This document shows, piece by piece, positions 52,292 through 64,000 of a stretch of DNA of 64,000 nt (position 1 is its first letter; each line of letters begins with the position of its first letter). Below the pieces are notes generated by a model that had not been told where the DNA came from, did no database searches, and worked only from the letters and a program-made list of their open reading frames with translations. Position numbers and translations under genes: made by a program. The DNA is from Octopus sinensis (taxonomy: Eukaryota): contig NC_043000.1 in NCBI RefSeq assembly GCF_006345805.1, forward strand, positions 154,690,001 through 154,754,000, read 5' to 3'.

Positions 52292-52727
52292 CTATAAAAC
52301 AACAACTAGTACAGTACAAACGATACACAATACATTAGGAAAACAAAACACTAAAATAATTAGCAGAAATAACAAAAGAAACCCCAAACAATGTAAATTA
52401 GATGTAACATTTCCTTTCTTCCCTTCTTCCTCTCCTCCTCCCTGGAAAAGTGATACTCTGCACACACCTCTTGAACACAGAAATGCATCTGACAGTGCAA
52501 CAGAAGGTCATGCAAAAACTGCTGAGAACAAATGATGATGATGATGATGATGATAATAGACTTATTGAAAATAATTTGTTTACTAGGAATATTACAAAGG
52601 GTACTCAACGATTAGATTGACTAAAAGGAATGGAAAAAGCAAGAAGGATACTACTTATACCTAAGGCTACTCACTTAGATGAGAAAAAAAAGAAACATAG
52701 ATGAGAAAAAAAAAAAGAATCAAAATG

Positions 52728-52769
<42 letters not shown>

Positions 52770-53495
52770 CCCGTGATGCAGTACCAAGCAGTGGCTCTCA
52801 TGGTTTCTGATCTTAACTGATTGGAAGTGTTATTGTGTACAAAGTTTTGTCTTTGCGTTACGTTCTGAGTTCAAATTCCGCCGAGGTCGACTTTGCCTTT
52901 CATCCTTTCGGGGTCGATAAATTAAGTACCAGTTACGCACTGGGTCGATGTAATCGACTTAAAACCTATGTCTGTCCTTGTTCGTCCCCTCTATGTTTAG
53001 CCCCTTGTGGGTAATAAAGAAATAGGTATAAATGATGGGCTACAGCAAATATTCTGCTCAATACCACAGATTTGCTTGTCAGTTGTTTGACCTTAACCAG
53101 TTGAGCATGTCCCTTAGTGGCTGACGATATATGCATCTCTGATAACAAGCAGAAGTAGTGGGGGAGCATCATAGTGATGTGTTGAGAGGGATTCTTTGGG
53201 ATTTGAATAATTCACCTCTGGAAACATGGGTGTTTCATTCAACATCCTTAAACAACCCTTATTCAGGGACCTTTTGAGCGGGGTGGGTTACTCGACCAGA
53301 AGAAAATTCTAACTGGGCCCCACCTGCAAGGTCATGTGCTTTTTATCTTGATATGAGATCACCATGTCGTGCACATATGGTTGTGATGCATGTGCCTGGT
53401 GTACCCTTATCAGACGGGGAGTCATGATGGGTATACTGGGCTTCGTATATTTTACATCAGTGTCACTTTGATGGCATGCACTGCTCTCTCACTCA
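52770..53495. mobile_element. Unclassified repeat-like insertion in (AAT)n, with a nested SINE B fragment (about 52853-53027)
   Basis: Higher-GC block bounded by AAT tracts; no motif recognised. Confidence 0.45.
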
Positions 53496-53524
53496 ATAAT
53501 AAAATAATAATAATAATAATAATA

Positions 53525-54520
53525 CAAATGGAAAATGAAAAGAAGAAAGAATAAATAATTGCAAAATGAAATCACTGCATGGGCAATTCCCCAGAGAAAT
53601 CGGAAGAAAAGACAGGACCAACACTTGGAGATGGCTGAGAAAAAGTTATCAGGAAAGATGCACCAAGGCATTGATATGAAGCACCCAGAAATAAACTGTG
53701 AGAACTAATTACACCAAGTTCTAATTAGATAAGAGCTCCAAATTGCCCCTTTGTGGGATGTGTGGCAGCAAAAATGATACAATTTCACATATTGTGAGTG
53801 AATGCAGAAAGCTAGCCCAAAAGCACTACAAAAGGAGGCATGATAATAACATGGCTAAGTTTGTTCACCAGAGACCATGTGAAAAGTATGGCCTGGACAG
53901 AGCATGGAAATGGTATGAGCATGAACCAGAAGGAGTCACTGAGTACAATGAATATAAGATACTCTCTTACTCTCTTTTACTCTTTTACTTGTTGCAGTCA
54001 TTTGACTGTGGCCATGCTGGAGCACCGCCTTTAATTGAGCAACTCGACCCCAGGACTTATTCTTTTGTAAGCCCAGTACTTATTCTATCGGTCTCTTTTG
54101 CCGAACCGCTAAGTGATGGGGGACATAAACACACCAGTATCGGTTGTCAGGCAATGCTAGGGGGACAAACACACACACGCATATATATACATATATACGA
54201 CGGGCTTCTTTCAGTTTCCGTCTACCAAATCGACTCACAAGGCTTTGGTCGGCCTGAGGCTATAGCAGAAGACACTTGCCCAAGATGCCACAGAGTGGGA
54301 CTGAACCCGGAACCATGTGGTTGGTAAGCAAGCTACTTACCACACAGCCACTCCTGTGCCTGTGAGATTTTAGAATCCAATGTGACTCCCTAACCACTGC
54401 TTGGAGACCTGACATTGCTGCAGTAGATAAAGGTAAAGAGGAAACCAAGATTATAGATATTGCAATACCTGAGGATGCATGCTTAAGCGACAAAGAACTG
54501 GAAAAGGTTGGAAAGGACAG
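53525..54520 (+). mobile_element. R4/Dong-type RLE LINE fragment split by a SINE A (53962-54361, minus)
   Basis: PLCGMCGSKNDTISHIVSECRKLAQKHYKRRHD...WYEHEPEGV, resuming after the SINE with RPDIAAVDK...IIDIAIPED. Confidence 0.88.
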
Positions 54521-54526
54521 ACTAAT

Positions 54527-55072
54527 AATATTTCTTTATTGCCCACAAGGGGCTAAACATAGAGAGGACAAACAAGGACAGACAAAGGGATTAAGTAACT
54601 ACATCAACCTCAGTGCAAAACTGGTACTTAATTTATCAACCCCAAAAAGATGAATGACAAAGTCGACCTCAGCGGTATTTGAACTCAGAACGTAACATCA
54701 TCATCATCGTTTAACGTCCGTTCTCCATGCTAGCATGGGTTGGACGGTTCGACCGGGGATCTGGGAAGCCAGAAGGCTGCGCCAGGCTCCAATCTGATCT
54801 GGCAGTGTTTCTACAGCTGGATGCCCTTCCTAATGCCAACCACTCCATGAGTGTAGTGGGTGCATTTTACATGCCACCAGCACGGAAGCCAGTCGAGGTG
54901 GCACTGGCATCGGCCACGATTTGGATGGTGCTTTGTACGTGCCACCGGCACGGAAGCCAGTCTAGGTGGCGCTGGCATCGACCACCTTCTGATGGTGCTG
55001 TTTATGTGCCACCGGCTCAGGGCGCTAAGCATTTCACCCGGTGTGCTAACATTTCTGCCAGCTTGTCGCCTA
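54527..55072 (-). mobile_element. SINE B split by an RTE 3' end (54697-55020)
   Basis: SINE tail 54527-54695 and head 55021-55072 flank the RTE UTR. Confidence 0.8.
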
Positions 55073-55434
55073 CAAAATATACTTCAATCTTAATAAACTG
55101 CATCAGTAAAACCTACTTAAACCAGTTCAGCCAGATCATAGAACAACTAATTCAAATATAAGTTTCTAATGACTAAAATATTGTATAAATGGAATGCTCA
55201 GTTTATGCATTGTTGCTACTTCAGAAAAGATGACCAGAACAACCAAATTGGTGAACAGCAACAAATTGAAGCAGTTCATCTGTTTAATATTTACCTTTTA
55301 CAGTTTTAAATACTATCAGTAATCATACGGAAGTGACCAAAATATGTGCAATAATAATGTTGCCATTGTCCAGGCATGATAAGTATCATATAGTAGAGCA
55401 GTTCACTAGTCTAAGTAGTTTTGATGTCTCCTCC

Positions 55435-56055
55435 TCCTCATCATCATCATTGTCATCATCAGCATCATCAACAACAACAACAACATCTAATGTCTGTTTT
55501 CTATGCTGGCATAAGTTAGATGGCTTGATAGGAATTGGTGAAGCCTGGCCTCCATGCTGGTGGCATGTAACAAACACCATCCGAGCGTGGCCGTTCGCCA
55601 GCCTCGTCTGGCACCTGTGTCGGTGGCACATAAAAAGCACCCACTACACTCACGGAGTGGTTGGCATTAGGAAGGGCATCCAGCTGTAGAAACACTGCCA
55701 GATCTGACTGGCCTGGTGCAGCCTTCGGGCTTCCCAGACCCCAGTTGAACCGTCCAACCCATGCTAGCATGGAAAACGGACGTTAAACGATGATGATGAT
55801 GATGATGAAGGGCTGCACCAGGTTCCATAGTTTGCTTTTGGCTTGGCTTCTACAGTTGGATGCCCTACTTAATGCCAACCACTTTACAGAGTGTACTACA
55901 TGCCTTTTTACATGGTACCACCATCAATGCTTTTTATATGGTACCAGCACCCACAGAAGTGTATTTCACATGGCACCAGCACCCACAGCAGTATTTTTTA
56001 CACGGCACCTTGTCTTTAGGATCTCAATTCTCTTGTGGTGGGTGGATTTTCTTCT
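55435..56055. mobile_element. RTE 3' ends in opposite orientations (young + copy 55550-55807 inside an older - copy)
   Basis: UTR motif on both strands. Confidence 0.75.
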
Positions 56056-56143
56056 CTAAACTCAGAGTAGTTCTTATCAAGTAGACTTGTGATCAAAAGA
56101 TTTCCAGCCATGACAATAAGTATTTTCCTTTTTTTATTAAATA

Positions 56144-56533
56144 CTAGCAGTATCGCCCGGCGTTGCTCGGGTTTGTAAGGGAAATAACTATATAAGCATT
56201 TTTAGAGAGTTATAGCCAAAAAATAGCAAAAAAATGCATTAAAAATGGAAAAAAAATGATGGTAAATTTTTTTAAAATCGTTGATTCATCGTAGACATTT
56301 TTAGAGAGTTACTTCTCTTATATAATAGCGAAAAAAATGGAAAAAAATGATGGTAAATTTTTTTTAAATCGTAGACTCATCGTAGATACGCGCTTATACC
56401 CAGAAGGGCTCAATATGAATCGCGACTATAAGATACCCGGTTTTGGTTAAACTGCACCGTAAAATGTGGGAGTAGTTAGGAATCTAAATCATAGGAGACA
56501 GACAGCACACAACCTCACTTTTATATATAAAGG
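56144..56533 (-). mobile_element. Non-autonomous Helitron
   Basis: Near-identical to 16698-17097; 5' TC changed to CC. Confidence 0.85.
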
Positions 56534-57647
56534 TAATGTATTTAGAGTAACATTTTTCAATATTGCCTTCTATCCTTTTCTAAGTTGTGAGACGTAATTT
56601 AAAGATGATTTAGCAGTTATTTCTAAAATGGCAAGCAACAACATACAGCTTTTCTCGTTAGCTTATGAATACTGCATAATTTAATTAACAAGTGTTCCAT
56701 TGGTTTACTATTGTTGATTTCAAATTCTGTTCTGTGCCCCAAATTATTCATCAAGAAATAATGGTGCAAAATTAAATACAATATTGAAAGAAAGTATTTT
56801 AGATTTTTTTGATTCATGTTGAAACATTCCTGTCACCACATACCTTATATTGAATTGTAAAATTGTAACTTATATGGAGAGTAAGCTTATTGCCTGTTAA
56901 GAAGGACAATAACTTGATGGAAGAGCACTTATAAAAGCGTATTAGATGAATACAAAGAAAGCCTCCTTTTGCAAATTGCAGTTGAGGTAATTAAAATCTA
57001 ATTGCTATACTATGAATGCTTGGTAAGTAGAAAATAATGTGTATTTCAACAAGTTCCACACTTTAAATCTTCATTAGAGAGAATATGAACATTCTAAAAA
57101 AAATTTCAACAAAGAACATGTATGTGTGTATACATACATACATGCATGCATGCATGCATGCATACATGCATGCATGCATACATACATACATACATACATA
57201 CATACATACATACATACATACATACATACATACATAATGGCAATAATTAGTTTTGCCTCTTTATTTGGATTATTATTGTGCTTTTTCTACTTTTCTAATT
57301 TTATAATTTGTAATTATTTTCGTTGCACTTTTTTCCTTCTTTAGTCTTTATCATTTCCCTTTTCCCCATTAATTTATCTGCTGTTGGTTTGTCCCTATTC
57401 AATTAAACCTCACCTACTTTCAACAATGTTACCCATCTCCCCACCTACTGCCATTTCATAGTACTTTACTCTTGTCTCATCGACATCTATTGATAACAAG
57501 ATGGAGGAAAAGTAAAGATTTGATTTGATTTAGTTCAACATCTGTAAGATGATTGGCTGTTACTGTTACTGGTTACAGAAGCCTTTTTCAACAACGATGC
57601 TTGTAAATAAAGAACATGACAGCAAGTTTATTTCTCCTTTTAAATAC

Positions 57648-57733
57648 CTGTCAATTCTTGGTCGTACGTACAAAAAGCATTTTCCAAATTTAGACAGATT
57701 TCTTCTCGATATACCTTTTGGCCTTTATATAGC
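57648..57733 (-). CDS. Probable 86-nt exon LYKGQKVYREEICLNLENAFCTYDQELT, phase 2-1
   Basis: Acceptor aatgtttcacatctcag|, donor ACAG|gtattt, single open frame, CpG-containing unique sequence. Confidence 0.55.
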
Positions 57734-58494
57734 CTGAGATGTGAAACATTTAAAAGTTGTCAGAATTTCACTTTGTTAGCAGAGTGTTTGTAGAATTTCC
57801 AACTTATTTTATCAATGAATTTGTCTGTTTTACATCAATGAAAGAAAGCTATCAAGTGAGTTGTAACACTTTGTAGTCTCAGATAGATTACAATTCACTT
57901 CTCCTAAACCTAATGTTAATACTTGGCTTGCTAAGATTTAGCCATAATATATCTGAAAAAATACATTCCAGTAACATTTCCACATTTCCTTCTCCAATAG
58001 ATAAGGAATAAAATAAGTATAGGAATTCAATGACATTCAAAGTTTTTAATTCAGAAAATGTCCTCTGATGAATGCAGCCTTGACATGTATTATACCACTA
58101 ATCCTCGCAGAATGGTATAGTTAAAAAGAATGGGTTATCACCTTAATGCTCAGATTTTATTCCTAAAGCGCACATTTTTTTCTATGGAGTGAATTGAACT
58201 CAGTATCACCATGAGCAAGTGAAACACTCAACAAAATCACATTCATGCTGCTATTTACAACTGAAGTAATCTACTCTGGGGCACCCATAAATTCCTAAAT
58301 GAACTTGCTTGAAGGAAATTGTTGAAAATTATCTTGGCTATGAACATGTTGCAGTGCTTGTGACTAGCTTTAAATCTACTCTTTCAAGTGGTTCTTTGGA
58401 GAATCCTGACATTCTATGAATTTCATTATATATGAAATAAAATTGGAATCATACTGAGGCCATGGTATCAGCTTTATTTCACTTCCAGGGTTTT

Positions 58495-58725
58495 ATCACT
58501 CCTGAAGGAAGAACTCAGCCCTGGACACTTTCCAATGCTGTCTATCTCTGTCCAGTTGTGGCCATGTAGGTCCTAATTAGTGGGTGAGATTATCTCACCA
58601 GCTTGTCTTTGATTGGCCGCTTAATCTTGTCCATTATTTTTGTGTCCATCCTGTCATCCTGATAGTCTATCTGTTATCCTTCAGTTATGCAATATGGCCA
58701 GCCCATTCGTATTTGTTCTCCTTGA
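58495..58725 (-). mobile_element. Decayed RTE-type LINE C-terminus
   Basis: KYEWAGHIA*LKDNR*T...GW...W*D...GPTWPQLDRDRQHW (compare KWRWAGHVAR..DNRWT). Confidence 0.7.
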
Positions 58726-59386
58726 TGATATCAGCTTACCAGGGCTTAAATTCTATCATCATGCTGTACTGCTGAACAGATTATGTGTTATTCTGGCAGT
58801 ATTCAACTTAATTATAGATTTATCATGGATTAAAAGGATTGGATGACTGTGGTGGAAGTGACAAGATCAGATCTGACTATGAAGGAATTTCTAATGTGAT
58901 AATATATAATCAAGACAAATAGAGATATGCCATATTACATAAGCATCTAACTGATATTTGCATGGAAATATGAATACTAAAGCAATCAGGAAAATGTTGA
59001 TGCTGATGATGATGATGATGACGACTGGTAGACACACTTTAGAAATATCAAAAGTAGCAAGAAACTTTATAGAGATCCGGACGAAAAAGCATTGTGAGAA
59101 ACTGAGTATTGTTTCTATCTTAGTGTCAAATCTTTGAATTTCAGGGAAAAGCTGAAAACTTGGGTATTAGGTAGTACATCGATTACCAGAACCCTTGCTT
59201 CTCTAAGCAATACCTTATAAGGAAGTAAACACAGAACTGCAAACTGCAAGCTAACTATGTATGTATGTATGTACCTATGTATGTATGTATGTATGTATGT
59301 ATGTATGTAGATAGGTAGGTAGGTAGTATGGGTGTATGTATGTAATGCATATATGTATGTATGTGCATACGTAAGTATCTATGTAG

Positions 59387-59542
59387 AGGCTGTGTGGTAA
59401 GAAGCTTGCTTCCCTACCACATGGTTCCGGATTCAGTCCCACTGCTTGGCACCTTGAGCAAGTGTCTTCTACAATAGCCTTAGGCCGACCAAAGCCTTTT
59501 GCATAGATTTGGTAGACAGAAACTGAAAAAAGGCAAGCCTGT

Positions 59543-59585
<43 letters not shown>

Positions 59586-59781
59586 GAGTCTGTGTTTATT
59601 CACCCCACCGTCACTTGACAACTGATGTTTATGTGTTTACATCCCTGTAACTTAGTAGTTCGGCAAAAGAAACCAATCAGTACTAGGCTTACAAAGAATA
59701 AGTCCTAGGGTTGATTTCTTCAACTAAAGGCAGTGCTCCAGCATGGCCACAGTCAAATGACTGCAACAAGTAAAAGAAGTA
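59387..59781 (+). mobile_element. SINE family A, diverged
   Basis: Match to family A. Confidence 0.85.
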
Positions 59782-59803
59782 AATATATATATATATATAA
59801 TAT

Positions 59804-59891
<88 letters not shown>

Positions 59892-60749
59892 TATACATAG
59901 ACAGATAGATAGATAGATCTGTTCCCTCCATCTACATACCTGCATACTTTCTACCTTGGTACCCTCATCACATGCACACCACTATACAAAGACCCATACA
60001 CACCGTTCAACTCATTACTCACTTCACACACTATTACACACATACCTACAACACCTTCCCACTCCACACACACTAGCTTTAACCATTTCTCAGCACCTAC
60101 ACCACACACCCACAGAAGCAAATAATACCTGAACACAGACAATATATACACATACATGCAACATGCCTAGATAACGATAACTTTTGCCCACAAACATACA
60201 CTATACACACTATTTGGTTACAGACACACATATAAATGTGTATACACCACCTGAACAAGCATACATCAACTGCTACACACAAGACACACACACATGTTAA
60301 ACTCACTCGTCCTCATTCACAAATATGCATTCACATACACCATTCTTACATACACATACATGCTTGTGCACCTTAGTTCGTTGGGGTCACCATTAACATT
60401 ATTATTATCTCCCATCCATTCAGCCTCTTTTTTTCTAGTCATTTTGCCATGCTGGACTATTGAACTCTGCACAGTTTTCTCTCTCTGTTTTTTTTTTAAT
60501 CTCTCACTCAATTTGTTTTCCTCTTAATCCTTTCTGTCAAAGAGTGTAGTCTCAAAACATAAAAGTCTTTTCCATTTTTCTTGAGTGTTAAACTAATACA
60601 CCTGCTTGGTGTTCCTACACATGTCTTCATCTTTTGTTTTCTGTAAATTTGAACAAGATAGATAGACAGACAGACAGACAGATAAATAGATAGATACCAT
60701 CTGAGTAACTATATATTTCATACTTAGACAGAAATGTTCAGAATTATGA

Positions 60750-60990
60750 GAACATCACTAATATAAATGAAGTGAAGTAGCTCCAGTTAGGAATTGAAAC
60801 TGAATTATGGACTTGACTATCTATGTGATTACCGTCCGCTCCAAATTGCTCTCCACTAATAGAAGTAATAATTGACATGGAAGTATTAGAAAAAATAATA
60901 AAGAAATGACCTGATGAAGAAACGAGAGAACAAGAGAAGATAGTTTTGAATGAGGACCTTAATCTAAAATGCAAAATCAAAGGTATTGTG
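60750..60990 (+). mobile_element. Possible APE-endonuclease remnant of a CR1/Jockey-group LINE
   Basis: LTIYV/YRP...EKIVLNEDLNL resembles IYRPP...IIxGDFN. Confidence 0.35.
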
Positions 60991-62602
60991 AATGAACTGA
61001 TGCTATGCTGTATGGTGGTAATAGTATATTGTATTAGTTACTTTGATCTGAGAGATGCTTGAATTAACATGGAGAATGGACCATTTTTGATAATCTTAAT
61101 AGATAGCCAGCTTCCATTACTCACGTGAATCTGTTTGTCATTGTTGCATGACCGATGCAGATGGAAATATAATGTAAATCAAAGTCTAGCATCCAGCACA
61201 ATATCTTTTGTGTAATTCTATTTTATTTTTGTTCTTCCATAAAATGTTTCACTTTGTGTAAATCTTCAGATGGTGGAGAGAGAAAAGATTTTCTTGTTAA
61301 CATAGTTTGAGATAATTGCTGAAGGAAACGATGATTGTAAAGAATGTATTCAGGATGTATGCTTGGGGCAAAAATTGTATAGCTTGTAGAATGGGTGTTG
61401 AATTATTGATGGGTGTATAAAGTATACAGCATGTTCAATTACTGATAGTACAATAGATATTGTTCTAATGAAACAGATGTCAAGTACTGCATTTTGCTTT
61501 ATTGATAAAATAGTTTTGTGATCTACTCTACAGGGAAAAGCTTAAATATTAGAGAATATAGAGGACATCTAAGAACAAAAAGACTATGAAACTGAAGATA
61601 TATTAATTCACATTTTCATTTCTATTCTTTTTTTTTTTGCTCTAATATGTAACTATTTATAATGATGAATGGAGACATATACATACATACATATGTCCAA
61701 GAAAATGTTATGAAGAAGAGAGGTTCCTTTAAAATGAAAGTGAATAGAATCAAGCAAAAAGAAAATAAGATTGGAGAGAAAGAGGAGAGAAAGAAAGAAA
61801 GAATAGATAGATAGATATGAAGAATCCTCTACTGGTTATAACAATGAACATTCAAATGTTTGATCAAGTGAATATCTGACTTGTTAAGTTAATGAGTAAA
61901 TAGCTGGGTATTCTACAGGCACGTGTACTCTTAATATAATTCCTAAGCTAAAATAGCACGACCTTACATAGGATAATGTTGGACATTTTAATTACAGATA
62001 CAGGCCAGTTGATAGGTTTCCACTCTGTGTCTATACAATTTCACTCACAAGGTTATCAACATAACAAGGTTATGGTATAAACTTTTGCCCAAGATGCTGT
62101 ACAGTGGTATTGAAACTGGGACTTCAAGATTGTGAATAAAACTTCTTAACCACTCAGCCATGCCTGACATTCACACACATATATATGTACTGAGTTCTTG
62201 AAAAGAAATTTAGGAAACATCCTTCAATGGAATCATACCAAACTTTGTCTCCAACCACACAGATACAATCAATACCCATTGCAAAAACATTACTGACATT
62301 CCTAAACATAAACAGCTGTAGTTAGAACAACGAAAATCATTACAAGTGTGAGGTTTCACCATCATTGAGGTTTTCTTTTGGTGGGTGTGACATGGCAAAG
62401 ATTTCATCTCAGAGACTAGTTCTCCTCTTTAGAGCTAGAGGTGTAAAGCACTCATGGCAGGAACAGGTAAAAGCACCTATGTGGTGTCATATAAAAGTGC
62501 CTGCACAGTGCCATATAAAAGTGCCTGTATAGCATCATGTAAAAACATCCATGTGGCGCCATGTAAAGGTACCCAGCATGCTCTGTAAAGTGGTTGGCAT
62601 TA

Positions 62603-62834
62603 AGGCGGCGAGCTGGCAGAAACGTTAGCACACCGGGCGAAATGCTTAGCGGTATTTCGTCTGCCTTTACGTTGTTAGTTCAAATTCTGCCAAGGTCGAC
62701 TTTGCCTTTCATCCTTTCGGGGTTGATAAATTAAGTAACAGTTACACACTGGGGTCGATGTAATCGACTTAATACCCATGTCTGTCCTTGTTTGTCCCCT
62801 CTATGTTTAGCCCCTTGTGGGTAATAAAGAAATA
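62603..62834 (+). mobile_element. SINE family B, full length, inserted in an RTE 3' end (62450-62973)
   Basis: TSD GGTTGGCATTA (62592-62602, 62835-62845). Confidence 0.9.
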
Positions 62835-63466
62835 GGTTGGCATTAGGAAGGGCATCCAGCCATAGAAACCATGCTAAATCAGACTGGTGTCTGGTGCCAG
62901 CTCTGGTCACACCATCCAATCTATGCCAGCATAGACAATGAACATTAAGTGATGATGATGATGATGATGATGATATCTTTGAAGCTGAGGTTTCTTTACA
63001 ATTCTATCGAAGTTTCCCTGTTTCTCTGTTATTTTATTCTTTTACTAATTTTGGTCTGTGCCATGCTGGAGCACTGTCTCGAAGGACTCAATCAATTAAA
63101 CTGACCCAGTACTTATTCTGTTTTAATTCTGGTACTTATTCTTATATAAAAGCGCGTAACCCAGCAGTTTGGGTACTGGACTCATGATTGTAAAGTCATG
63201 GTTTCAAATATAAGACATAGTATTCTTGAGTGGTACATAGTATTCTTGAGCAAAACACTTTACTTCATGTTGCTCCAGTCCACTCAGGTAAAAAAACAAA
63301 AAACAAGCACCAGTAATAGCTGGTACATATTTTTAGTAGTCCTGCAATGAACTAGTGTACTGCTCATTGAGAAGCATTGTGCTCTTAGTTGCTTATACAC
63401 CACAAAGACTAGGAAGAGCACTGGCATAATGTGTCTACAGACTTCAGGTCAAAGATTTATTCAATT

Positions 63467-64000
63467 ATTTCGTTTTTGGATTTGGTTTGCAAGATTCTTT
63501 ATGTGAGTTCGTGTGTTGAAGCATATTCTGTTGTGTCTGGGGAGAGTCATTTTCTTTTTGTGCCTTATAATGTAACATACTCACCGGTAAAATTTTCACT
63601 TTTTTTTCGTTGCGTCTTGCAACCTTTTCAATGAGAATCAAAACTATTGAAAAGGTTGCAAGACGCAACGAAAATTTTAGGAAAATAAAGATTAGAAATA
63701 AGTGGAAATTTTACCAGTGAATGTGTTAAATCATAAGGCACAAAAAGAAAATGACTCTCCCCAGACACAACAAAATATTCTTCAACACACGAACTAAACA
63801 TAAAGAATCTTGCAAACCAAATCCAAAAATGAAATGTGTAAATCTATTGTGTCTGGGGAGAGTCATTTCTTTTTGTACCTTATAATGTAACACAATCACC
63901 GATAAAATTTCCACTTATTTCTTATTTTCATTTTCCTAAAATTTTCATTGCGTCTTGCAACCTTTTCAATGAGAATCAAAACTATTGAAAAGGTTGCAAG
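63467..64000. repeat. Palindromic foldback MITE (63467-63835) followed by a partial second copy (63846 to window end)
   Basis: Arms of about 165-190 bp around a 13-nt loop GAGAATCAAAACT. Confidence 0.9.

Noticed and set aside
60911-60925. CTGATGAAGAAAC hammerhead-like words (also CTGATGA at 40528, 58065)
   Set aside because: No stem II or stem I pairing.

Overview
AT-rich, microsatellite-saturated eukaryotic DNA. The SINE, RTE and Helitron repertoire most resembles an octopus or other coleoid cephalopod (inference, not a database match). Most ORF-track entries are translations of (TA)n/(CA)n/(TACA)n/(GA)n/(AAT)n tracts. The host content I can support is a minus-strand, large-intron gene that I cannot name. 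It has a clean last exon (12566-12735) and a penultimate exon (17172-17315) encoding an S/T/P-rich tail, two probable upstream exons (57648-57733, 52258-52291) and weaker candidate alternative exons. The rest is transposon debris: several tRNA-derived SINE families, RTE LINE fragments, R4/Dong-type and HERO-type RLE LINE fragments, a Penelope-like GIY-YIG remnant, three non-autonomous Helitrons, mariner and hAT MITEs, and foldback elements. The most interesting signals are (1) minimal hammerhead-ribozyme-like motifs in short Penelope-type repeats, one centred in a foldback with 105-bp arms, and (2) an inverted Helitron pair at the two ends of the gene's last intron. I found no rRNA, true tRNA or CRISPR array.
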